A stretch of 64,000 nt of DNA. Source: Bugula neritina (Eukaryota > Animalia > Bryozoa). Made by a program: the position numbers and the translations under genes. Shown in pieces: positions 10,620-22,222 of this stretch. The stretch spans positions 3,958,722-4,022,721 of the forward strand of contig OZ037766.1 of assembly GCA_964035545.1 (NCBI GenBank), given 5' to 3'. The notes beneath the pieces are model-generated. The model was not told where the DNA came from. It saw nothing but the letters and a program-made list of their open reading frames with translations, and ran no database searches. The first letter of the stretch is position 1. Each line of letters opens with the position of its first letter.

Positions 10620-13600
10620 TCTACAATTATTATAATTATTAAATAAATATTTTTTAAAGCTAGTTAAATCATAAAATATTGTTTAAAAAATAAAAATTCA
10701 TTTTTATAAATTAACATTTATTTTTGTATTTAAACACCTTTTAAAACAAAGACAAAATAAAAAAGTCGTTTGTCGCGTGACGTTTATATTAGTGGTTGTC
10801 TCCCCTCCAAGCATCGCGCGTATATTCTAGTGCTATTTTGACTTTTGCTGCATTGGAGTTTGTGTTCCTAGCTTATATAGAATTCGTGTAAACATTTGAA
10901 TTTTATGCCAAATTTTTAGATTTTGCTCTTCCCACTTGACTAAACCTTAAGGTTTTCTTGAGTAAACCCCAGTAGAACTGAACTGAAAAGCATGCCTATG
11001 AGTTAAAGTCTCCTAATCGTAGTTCTCCAGACGGATCAAAGCCTACCAAGTATCTGGTCCAATATCTCCCAACTTCAAGCTACACTTCAGTAACTCTTTA
11101 AATCTAATGAGTGGACAGCACTGCATGGCTCCTTGTTCCTGAGCTCAACTGCAAACAGATAAACTAACTAGCTAGGTAGTCTCTTTGTATCCAGTCTATG
11201 GCCACACCCAGTCCATCTCAGGTTCCATTCAGTAAGTATGCCTGTTGTTGGAGCTAAACCACCTGGCTTGAGTAAATGTTATTCTACAGGGTACATAATT
11301 ATTTAATGGAAGGCATACACAATCTTAGCTCTTAAGATTGGACTTCATTATATATAATGAAAAATAGGTCTTTTATGCTATTTGAGCATATTTTTGCAAT
11401 GCTAAACGCTCCCTTCAGCATTGATAGCAAAAAACTTTTACAAAAAAAAATTATAGCAGTTTCCAGGGTCTGTCTTAGACTTACGACTAGAGACGTATGT
11501 TTAGGTTCTTTATCAAGAGATCTTGGTAAAACACGGTCTAATCTCTTGAAGAAATGTCAAAGCAATTTTCAATTAGTTATTTAGTTTGATATAATCGGTC
11601 AATGGTACTTAAGAATGTAGCTGTCAAGTTTTTGAATTCTGCTTCTTTTTGCCTTGCTAGTACAAGTGCTGCCTTGCACATTTTCAGTTTCACCCCTGGA
11701 TAGTATGTGTAAATTAGAATTAATGTAAAGGAATAAAAATAAACTGCGAGGTTCATTGAAATAGCAATTTCAAGAAAACTAATATTGATATAAAGTGAAG
11801 AAGAATGGTTACCTCTAAAGCCCAGTGTTGCTAGTACATGACTTTATCAAAGCCTAAATATTGCTGCTGAATCAAGTTTAGCCCTAATCACTTGGTTCGG
11901 ATGTTGAACAACATTATTGCTATTAGTTTATATAATAATGAGAAATTAAAATTCCCATCTCTTGAAAAAAGGAAAGAAATAATGCAGCCACAATTACATG
12001 TTTTCCGAACTAGGTGACTGTAAAATTGTAAAATTCTTAACTTGATGTCACAGTCATATATATTGACTAACTAGCAAAGTTTTAGTATGTATGTTTAAAA
12101 TTAAACTTCAAGACCGTTTTTTATAATTTCTTATCATTTTCAGTATAGATATATTTTCAGTGAAAGTGACTGTACCGTTAATGGTACACTGGACCTAACA
12201 GGTTTAATGTTTTGATTTGGCCTTTTCGATTAAACCTGCCCATTATAGTAATGATGTAGCATTAGCAGTTGCATACTACGTAGCTTTCTCTAGGTCTTAC
12301 CTAGTGCAGAAGAGTGTTTAAAACGCAGTAAGTGGGGTTTTGGATTACTATTCAACACATTAGTATTTGTACTTTTCCACCTAGTAAAATTTATTTTCTA
12401 CTTTCGACTAGCCACCTGGTGCTTCGCTAAATTAAGTAGTAAGTAGTAAGCACCAAATCCCTGCCAGATGACAATTCTTCGTCACTATGCAATAATAATA
12501 ATAGGCTAAAATCTAAATCTTCACCAGCTGGAAGTAAAATGCATTATACTTGAGATTACACCAGCCTTTCATCTTTTCATTGGCTACATAAATTACTGGC
12601 TCTTTTTCTTAGCTATATTATAAACAATGGGTACTTCCCATGCTCTTACTAAAGCTGTCTTGATGCTAGCTATTAGCTATTCATTAGTACTTCTGAACCC
12701 ATACCAGCAACATCTGGCTAGCTGCAGCTAAAGAACTAAGAAATGAAGATGTAAAAATGGCTAAGAAAAAGTTAAGAATTCTGCTTGCTGGTAGGTAAAA
12801 TATAGTATATAATATGCATTCTATATTTCTAACAACTATACAACTTAAACTATAAGTATTTTATTAATTGATTTTGAGATTTTATTCAATGGTAATGCAA
12901 CCCTACAAGTACAACCCAAACATATTGCATACTTGCTCAAAACAGAAGTTATTAATACAAATAAGTATACATCACGTGAGCAATCTATTCTTTTATGGTG
13001 ATGAAATGTTTATATTAAATTTAATACATATACTTATAGTATAACTATAAAGTCATTCTGTCAGCTGCTGTAAGTGTAATAATAATTGTAATAACAACTT
13101 CAAGTATAAGTGTAATTATATAAATATCATTACTTAAAAATAAATACTTTTAGAAAAGGAAACAGTTTTCTGCTTTGATAAAGATTCTCTACTACAACAT
13201 AAATTTTGGCAGTTCCTTTTAGTCGTAACTATCATAGCAATATATCTAGTTCTATTCCTTTTAGTTTTATTCGCAATTTGGCTATATTTGAAAATTATCG
13301 TGTTTTTTAGTATTGTAAAACTTAAAGGGGCTTTGCGCCTGTAATCAAAAACCTTGAAGCTTGAAATTATATTCTGATAAGTTGACCCAACCAAAGCAAT
13401 TTGGTTACTTTTTCCAGGGAATGATGTAAATGGTGGCACCAAATTATTTTTCCAGCTTTATTATAACCTCAACCTGTTGTAGACTTGTTTTTAAAATAGC
13501 TTAGTATGGGTGTGGCTAACTTTTGTCTTCTTAAACTTAGCACTAGAAGTATGTTGCCTATGCTTGGTGGTGAGCTACTGTTGTGATTTCATTACCTAGG

Positions 13601-16600
13601 TAAACACTTTGGTTTTTACACTGAGGTAACCACTCTAAAATGAAATATTGGGCCATGGGCCTTGTCATTTTGTTTATTTTCCTCAACTGTATGTATTTTT
13701 TTCCGTCTGCGACAAAATAAAACAAACAAACAAACAAACTTACATTTATGTTTTTTTATGGTTTTAGAATTACAGAATAACATTCAGAGAACTAACCTTC
13801 TGCTACTAAAACAGCACAAGTGGGACAGAAGCTGACTGCATGGCTCTTATCAACTGATTTGAGAGTTGCAGGTGTCTAATCAGGTTTGATTGTATATATA
13901 ATGTTTCAATCTTCTTATTACTGCCATCATCCTATAACACACTGCAGTAAGTTTAATTAAAATGATGGCTTTAATATACCCGTTACATTTAATCAATATA
14001 AAAATATTTCGACTTGCATTTGTATTTGTAATAAACCATAGTATATTTTTACAATAAGAAAATAATAATTTTTACCTTGCTAAAGAACAGTATAGAGAAC
14101 ATGTAGTTATTCTAGTATAGAATTTAGTTCTGTCGTCTGTCGTAGTGAAAGTTTTAAAAACTTAATTTTTTTAACAACTGCATTTTGTTTAAATGTAAAA
14201 TGTGTTGAGCTGTTTCTTTCAACTTTTGATGTCTGTCTATACTGGTAGAATATGCAGGTTTCTGATTAGTTGGTGAAGTTTCTGGTAACTCAGTTACTTT
14301 AAGGAAGTTTGAGTATCAGGATGTCTGTCAGGATGTCTATCTGTTGCTCTATGTCAGCCGACTCTGTTGAAGATGTTCTCTGTTCGCTTCGTTCTTCACA
14401 TGTTTCATTAAAACCACTGCTTTTGTGCATTTTACAATATAACTCAAATGAAAGGTCACCAAAATATATACTAATGCATCATGAAATATTACTGTCTTAA
14501 TTATGGCATATAAGTATAAGAAAGTCAAATTACAGCCATAGTTGGGTTGGTAATATTAGCAATTGCAAGTACATGGAAAACTTGTGTTGACTTGTTTAGT
14601 GTTTCTCCAAAGTTTGCAATGTAATTGTAAGTGCTCTACTGCCAATGTGAATTCTGTTTATGTACTGGTATTGAAACATTTCTCTCTGTATTAGTATAAT
14701 ATATTACTCAGCTGATCTGGTTAACTGTGTACCCAATGTTATCTGGCAACTGAGTCTACAGTAAACTCGTTACCTAGGAGTTAAATTAACAAAGTAAATA
14801 ACAAATAAGAAGTAGTTTAAAACAGCATTCATCCAACAAACCAATTTGCAGTAATTATCAAGTGAACAGATGCTTGTTGAAATAATAGTTTCAAATATGT
14901 TTATAAACTCGAAGGGTGATGCTACTCACTAGCAGTATCAGGGTGCAGTCATGTCACAGTGCTTTTTTGAAGCAGTTTTTTATTTTTCTCTTGATTTCTT
15001 TCTACTGATACAAAATCTTTATAATCTAAACAAAAGTATAGTTAAATCTTATCTTCATATATTACTGAAAATGGTAGGATTGTGGTGCTTTTACCAGGCA
15101 GCCTAATATGCAGCCAATTTTTTTTGTATTTTCATTCAACGAGTGTTTGTATGTTGCCAGCCAAAAGATAATGGTTTACTAGACATAACGCCTGCAAACT
15201 AATTTTATATACTGCAACTTTTAAATAATGGTGCTAAGTAACACACCTGCAAAATCTCGCTAGTTGTTTTTTTCATGTATCTCACTTCATTCAAGGAAAT
15301 GAAGAAACAGCTACCTCTTTTCTTCTCTCTGCATTGAAAATATAATAGCTAATGCAGTTAGTACTCAGGCTTAAAATATTTTAATGTAGTTGTTTCATAA
15401 ACCCTGAACTTACAAATGTGCTATAATTTGTTTATATGTTGAGCATGTAGTACTAGTACAGATACTATAAGTTTGCCAACACCTACTGCCTCTTTTGTAT
15501 CTTCAATGGTGCAGCAGATGCGTTTCTGTTCTCATTCAGGGTGAAACTTAGTGGTCTGTTGTGACCAAACTTTCTTTTAGTTACAAATACATTATTGAAA
15601 ATTTATCGATCTGTGCTGTACTTATCTACTAGGGTATAACACAACTTCTGCTTTTTATTAAGATGGCTATAATTTTTCATCAAATAATTTCTTGATTACT
15701 TTCTGCTTTGACAACAACTTTTTGCTGATAGCTTGTTCGCTACATCACTATTATAATTTAAATTACATTTTGTTTGTAATTGTTAGGAGGTCGTGTTGGG
15801 TAACTGTCAGAATGAAGTTAACATAGTATTTTGAAGTTGTCTTACTCTATTATTTTATCCATAGCTACCCATAATCCATTTCAAGATTTCTGTTTTTTCC
15901 GGTACATTTTCCCCTCGTGGCGTTCAACCTAGACTAAAAGAAACAAATCGCACCGGCATCTTCAACAATAAATTTACATTTAATATAATATTATATATGC
16001 ATAAGTGTGAACGCCAACGCAAGACTGGACCGGTTAGTAATTAAGTCTTGTAGTTGAAGATATGCTGTGCCAATACGAATATACTTTTAATTTAAAAAAA
16101 AATCATTTTGAAAATGAATCATCATCAATTCATCATGAGTCATGAGATTCAGATTGAGATGAGCTTGAATGAGTTTAACACCATCACCATGAGTATGAGT
16201 CTATGATTATGTCTAAGTTAGTTACTAAGAGTAAGTATTAATAATAACTTTATACATAATCTTAACTTGAAGTTAATGATTATAATCATGATGATGATGA
16301 AGGCGAGTAACACTAACAGTCTCAGTGAGTCGGTCTATTGTAGTGAAGTGCACTACCGATTTGCATTTGGGTATTACAATTACTATTAGTATTATAATTA
16401 TTGTGCACTAGTATTTACTGCATATCTACTTGCAAGGTTATGGGAATGACCAAGCTAGTTAAGCGTTTTATTATTAACTGTTGTTGTAGTGGAATTATGG
16501 ACTTTAGGTTTATTCAATTCCCATTGAGTCATTCTACATTCTCATTTCCTAACGCCCAGCTACACCCCACATTAAGATTAACTTTCCATTGTTATACGGA

Positions 16601-16726
16601 TTAGACAGAATTAATACCATCACAATAGCCCAGCTGTTTCCTACTGTCTGTAACATGTACTAATTTCGTTACAATTATAATTACATTTTCGCTTTGAAGT
16701 CAGTTCCTATACGTCAAACACCCTGA

Positions 16727-18871
16727 TCCTGCAGCTTCGCGGCTTTATCCTTATATGGAAATGCAGCCACCCTTGTAAATGCAGTAACCTATCCTGAAGC
16801 AGCTGACGTGGAGCTAACCGGCAAGAAGTATCTTGCTACACCCAACAGCTATCTGAAGTCACTCCTCTGTAAGACCCAGCTTCAGGTAGACGTACCCAGA
16901 ACGAGAGGAATCATCAACAATCTACAAGGTAATTACCATAAAGTATATGCATATAAATCAGTAGTCACCACGTTAGTGTCTCTCTTCACCGACGTGAAAG
17001 TCCGCAATGCTTACATAGAGAACCGGCCTATCACGCGGGGAGAGTGCATCGACATGGTTGCCTCTAAACACTGTGACGGGGCGAGCTTAAGGGCGGAAAT
17101 GGTGTCTTCACTACGCGCAACAAGGTCGAAGCAGAGTACAAGCATTGCTGCAAGAAGCAATTCTTCTCGAAGAATCAGTGTAGCATAGTTAGAGCGACCG
17201 TGTACAAAAGGCATGAGGATAAGGAATTCGAGTCCACTGCAGGTGATGTCCGTCATTGCAAATATGACGAAGGAAGCTGCAGATTGGACGACCGTTCCAT
17301 TCTCATATGGGAGTGGTACACCGAGGAAGGCACCTTCTTCAACAACCACTTCGTCAGTAGTGACCATTCAATGGCCTTGACGTTTGCCCGATATGGAATC
17401 AACTCGACGAAGGACTGCCATGGCAAGAACACGTCGATGTCGGACCAAGGGCTGATGTTAAGGTTCATGACGCCACTCCACAATGTTACCATTCGTAACA
17501 ACGTCACAGCCACATATCAAATTGTAGGCTCGTATGCGTCTACAATAAACGCAGTAGCACAAGCTCTGGCGTTAGAACAAATCACCACTGCACAAAAACT
17601 ATTCTGGACTTCATACTACTATTCGTGTCACAACACTGCCCAAACCATCAACCTCATCACTCTCTTACTTGAACGACATCCCACAACAGCAGCAAGACAC
17701 ATGTTGCAATTGAGTAACGTGGTCGCGAAAGCCGGCCCAGACTACTTAGAAGTGTACCCCTGCACCGAGTTGGAAAGAACTTCTTACCAACTACTGAAAA
17801 TGAAACACAACAACTGCACCAACTACTTGCCGATACAAATATCTATAGCTGGTCTCGAATCCATTGAATATCTGGACCCTGTAGATAACATAATACACCC
17901 TGACTCATACAACGTAGACTGCACCCACAGAGAGGAAGTTCCCGTGAAATTGGACGGTATTATTTACTTATATTCATAGAACGAATCTCTAAAACTGGCC
18001 CCAAACACTACAATTCTATCCTTGCCTAACATCAAATTAGGAGCTACTCCCTTGGAATTACACGAAAACATCTTCAGTCAAGCACATAGACTAAATTGGG
18101 CTGATTTTAGTCATCACCACTCCTTAATACGATTAACTTGTAGATAGAAGCTGTATAATGCAATTTGAGTTAAAGTTAAGTCTAACTAGGTCGATAAAAA
18201 TACTAGATAATTAAAGAAAATAGCTGTGAATATGATATATATACTTAAGATAACAAGTCTAACTAGAATAGTCAGTCACGTTGGGTGTTCAGTCGTTTAT
18301 TATGCAACTGTATAATGGCAAGTCTAGTCTATAGTGAAGACTCTTGCCTGGCTTGCTTGGTCCATGAAGGCCAAGCGATGTCATCTGTTTCGGTCATATC
18401 CTCAAGTGCAGGGTATAACCTTGCTGGTGGGGTGTTTGAGTTAATAGTAGAAATGGGGGCTGCACTTTCTACTTGGGAATGAGTGGGGTTTATTAAAGAA
18501 TGCAATTCCGTGGCTGCCGTAGTCTCTTCTGCTGTTGGTTGGTGTGTTCTACTTTGTTCTATGATGTCCACAGCATCTACTACGATTCTGCCACGCCTTT
18601 TGCAGATGCATCTGATGCATAGGTGATAGTATAATTTCTTTGAAATAAAGACGATTGAAGCAATCGTCACGATGAGATTTGCTAGCATGGTCCACAATTC
18701 GTATACTGAGGCTACATGACCTCCGAACAAGAAGGAGAAGTATGAATTACCCAGTATGCCTTCTTGAGTCTCTATTCTATTTTTGTCTAGTGTATAGTGT
18801 GGGGAGCTAACAACTCCGACGGCTTTCAACACCTGTGCTTGGCGGTTGAGTGTTGAAAGGATAGCATTTAA
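16727..18871 (+). pseudogene. Viral-type envelope glycoprotein (chuvirus-G / herpes-gB-like env of LTR retroelements), about 645 aa reconstructed; 3' part inverted
   Basis: Frames join as ...ITRGECIDMVASKHCDG/GELKGGNGVFTTRNKVEAEYKHCCKKQFFSKNQCSIVRATVYKRH..FESTAGDVRHCKYDEGSCRLDDRSILIWE...HPTTAARHML..VVAKAGPDYLEVYPC. Frameshift near 17078-17081, nonsense TAG at 17977. TM domain and tail lie on the - strand at 18871-18329. Family assignment is by motif recall. Confidence 0.75.
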
Positions 18872-18951
18872 TAGGACTAGTTTAAATTGGTGGCTGATTA
18901 GATTTACACTATTTTTACCTTTATTTAAACAAAAAACACAAAACAAACTAC

Positions 18952-19058
18952 TCAATTATCTCTCGCCCTACGAGCAAGCCTACAACAGCAAAATACGCAA
19001 ACTAACAAGGCTAGGGCCAAGGCCCCTAATATTAGCCCAGCCACTAGGCCAGTGTATT
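18952..19058 (-). CDS. Terminal exon of a small single-pass membrane protein (YTGLVAGLILGALALALLVCVFCCCRLARRARDN*)
   Basis: Strong pyrimidine-rich acceptor (TTTTATTTTAG ending at 19059), open 35 codons, about 21-residue hydrophobic helix followed by CCC and Arg-rich residues, AATAAA at 18925-18920. Upstream exon uncertain. Confidence 0.55.
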
Positions 19059-19331
19059 CTAAAATAAAATAAAAAACAATTACATGATTATGTGAGCTAA
19101 GTAGTAGTTAGATTTATTGTTAACATATTAATAACTGGTGTATAGATATACAATAACAAGAATATATATACATGTAATATATACATATAAGTAGTGAACA
19201 AAAATAAAGTAAATGAAAAAGAATATATATATATTATAAGGACGTTAGTAATGTTAGTTATTTGGGGTGGTTCTATACTCCATATATCGACGAGCGCCAT
19301 AGCGACAAGCAAACATTTTTTACTGCGACAA

Positions 19332-19518
19332 CTGTCTTAAGTTAAATTGCACCGGAAATAAAATCTTACCTTAATTTGTATCCGTGTGTGACCGCAGAGT
19401 TTGAGGTATGCCCAATCAAAAGTTTTTTGCTGGCAAACAGCACTCTTGAAGTATCGTAGCCGATCTTTTAGTACTAAATTATAACTGCATTACAAGTTTT
19501 AAAATTGAGTAATGTTGT
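19332..19518. repeat. Dispersed repeat, second copy at about 27787-27972
   Basis: Colinear matches TTAAATTGCACC...TTTGAGGTAT...GTTTTTTGCT.GCAAA.AGCACTCTT...TACAAGTTTTAAAATTGAGTAATG in both places. Confidence 0.75.
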
Positions 19519-21167
19519 AGCAAAAAGAATGTAGAAGCCATTTTCACTTTGATTAAATAATATAGAGCGAGAAACTTGTATTTACAGCAGAGAAATTAAA
19601 ATTTGGGTACAACAAACTTATGAAGACACCTAATTTTCTGGTCTCATGAGAAATTCATAAAACTAACAGACCATCTAAGCATGACAATTTTTTTCACTAT
19701 TTTTTCCAATATATATTAAAGGAAATATGATATCTTATAATATAGTACAGGTTTTATGATCTAATTTTTTCCTATTTTAAAGTTGAAATACCTTCATAAC
19801 TTCCTATATTAGTAAAAATGTAATATTCCTATCCCACATTGTTATAGTAAAAATTGTAAATTTACTGGTTTTGCTGCTCCCAGTGTGATGGGTATTGTTT
19901 TGGGTGAACATGAGGGCGCTGCAGTCGATTGCCACTGTGTAAAAAAGTTATAGCTATCATTGGTTGTTTGCATTGATGCTCGTTGTTCCTCACATTGTAA
20001 ACATGACCAAATCAGTTCTTTATCATTTTTTAATGTCTGCCTACTGATTTCTAGCTGTTTTAAAATCTGATCAAAATGTACCACCATTTTTTGAGGTCCT
20101 CAATTTTTTCATGTAGGTCTAAGATGAACATTAAGCCCCCAGTAAGATTTTCTCGCAGTGAAGCCCATTTTTCTCCCTAAGGAGAGTGGCTGGCGATGCA
20201 TTTCTTGGTTATTTTGCAGAAACCCAATTTTTGCCTATTGCAAGGAAATGTCCTTCGGCATTCAGGGTACTCCTTGTCTCTCTTTGAGCCACAGTTAGCC
20301 TGGTTTCCGTATCAATGTAAAACAATGAGCTTGTCATAATGTGAGAGTGGCATGCAAACTAAAACTGATTGCAATGATGCAATAAACACATATGTAAAAT
20401 ACGCTGGCTAAATGCTGGTTCAAAAGAAAACTACTATTTTTTTACCAACTATCTTGTGCGTCTAAAAGATTAGTGAGCATTTTTTCAGCTTTTTTTCTGT
20501 TAATAGCATTCTTGACATTATGTAGTGGCTCAATCAAAGCTGTTACATACTGAGATATATTTACTTGATTCTTCTCTTCTGCTGTGCAACTTATTGCTGG
20601 AGGCCTTTTAATGTCCATCTGTGTTCACATACACTCACCTTTCACTGCCATGTCTGGATCTGGTGGTGGTACTGGAAGCTTTTTAACGCTGGTTAATGAA
20701 ATAAAAAATGTTTTATTTAATAATACTAATTTATGTATGGCCCTGAGCCTCTATTGTATAACTCTCCTACTACAGCAACTCATATGATACTCGGAACAAA
20801 TAGTTAGCTATCCTTGCCTACCTTTGAGATCAGATACTCTATAGTTTTCCGTAGTTTTCATTTTGAACTCCTCATATGCATGGGAACATTTTAAAAATCA
20901 GGAGCCTTAGACATATTTTAATTAATGTTTTTTTACACAGTAACATGCCATTATGACTAAAAGTTAAGGCTGCAATGCTAGGCTTTTGCATGATATAAGT
21001 GGTCTACCGTCTCAACAAGGCAGCCATCATCTTTAGTCAAGCATGTGTATTTTCTTTTATTCTACAGTTTATACATTGAAGTCATTACAAATATTATATA
21101 GACTATGTTTTATTGCACATAAAATTTTGAGCAAATTGTTGAAGATAAACTACAGTATGTTTTAAGA

Positions 21168-21701
21168 TCATAAGACTTTTTTTCTTTCCAGTTGTGGAAC
21201 TTCTACGTAATGGACACATTTGTGATCTATGAATCCATTTGAGATCTTCCGTGGGCTTTCACCAGCCTTTCTTTTATAGTCCTAAATATAAGGTTAGACT
21301 AATGAGGAATTGAAAAATTGTCAATGGATTTAATGATATGACTCTTTGGTAGATTTTACTAACCTCGGGGGTTTCGTCTCCATCACTCTGTGTGGGATCA
21401 ACAACAACCTCCTCCTCTTGGCTGCCAAAATTTGCAGGGTTGCTGCTAATAGATGAGATATCATCTAGGTAGGGGTTAGGATGACGGTATGTATCTAGGA
21501 TTGGCCTAATAACATAAAAAGGTAAAAGGTAAAAATATATAAAAGCATACAAATACTATTACAGTGCAAACATTATTATTATTATTGCATAAGTACATAC
21601 CTGTCATCTAAAAATGATTCAACCCCTGGTAGAGTGTCCTGTCCTTCATCTTCACTGCTGCAATCAGAGTGGGCTGCTTCTAAGTCTAAGAATTGAGCCA
21701 T
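21168..21701 (-). CDS. Three-exon acidic protein, 118 aa (gene B of the 1536-bp unit)
   Basis: Exons 21701-21601 (MAQFLDLEAAHSDCSSEDEGQDTLPGVESFLDD), 21505-21364 and 21281-21168 (DYKRKAGESPRK...). Donors GTATGT and GTTAGT, pyrimidine-rich TAG acceptors, CTAAC branch site, phases consistent. Confidence 0.6.
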
Positions 21702-22222
21702 TTTGGTCTTGGTTGAAGTAAGCAGCAATGTTTGAAGATTCTAAAATTTGAAATAAGCGCGTCGTTTGAGTCGGTAAAGTGCGCATGTGTAGCTTGCGGG
21801 GCAGGCGCACACACACTGGATGTGCATAAATAGCCATGATAGCCATAACTGGCAAGACTCCTAGACAATACCTCAGCTTGAACTTGTCTCAGGTTTTTAT
21901 CAATATCCTCCACTAAAACCTGTAGACCAGGGCCTGCAAAGTATCTTAGGTCATGATAGAATTTCTGGTTAAATGCCACGTGAGTAATATTAGATAAATG
22001 CTGTCTCATGTCAGGCGTCATATCTAAAGCCACCCATAGTGCAGTAGCCAGCTTATCCACCCAGCTATCTTCATGTGGTTTAAATGGGCCAACACCAACT
22101 ATAGAACTAGCTAAATCCCAAATGTTGTCTACTGTGTTAGGTTCAACATTTAACCATCTATAGTCCCTTCCTGTAGGTTTAACATCTAGCCAATATGGTA
22201 GTGCATCTTTCAAAAGCAACAT
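21686..22222 (-). CDS. ORF A2, 178 aa, unknown function (may be fused to A1 by a -1 frameshift)
   Basis: Intact, non-repetitive, Trp-rich ORF overlapping A1 by 13 nt and gene B by 16 nt. Confidence 0.55.
   Translation of the reverse strand: MLLLKDALPYWLDVKPTGRDYRWLNVEPNTVDNIWDLASSIVGVGPFKPHEDSWVDKLATALWVALDMTPDMRQHLSNITHVAFNQKFYHDLRYFAGPGLQVLVEDIDKNLRQVQAEVLSRSLASYGYHGYLCTSSVCAPAPQATHAHFTDSNDALISNFRIFKHCCLLQPRPKWLNS

Noticed and set aside
18329-18955. 208-aa ORF as an independent membrane-protein gene
   Set aside because: Its first 28 or so codons lie outside the inversion breakpoint; the rest is the displaced C-terminus of the env gene.
19011-19047. GGGCC-AA-GGCCC hairpin followed by CTAG as a Helitron 3' end
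   Set aside because: Spacing is loose, no matching 5' end was found, and the sequence is better explained as Gly/Ala/Leu codons of the minus-strand TM exon.
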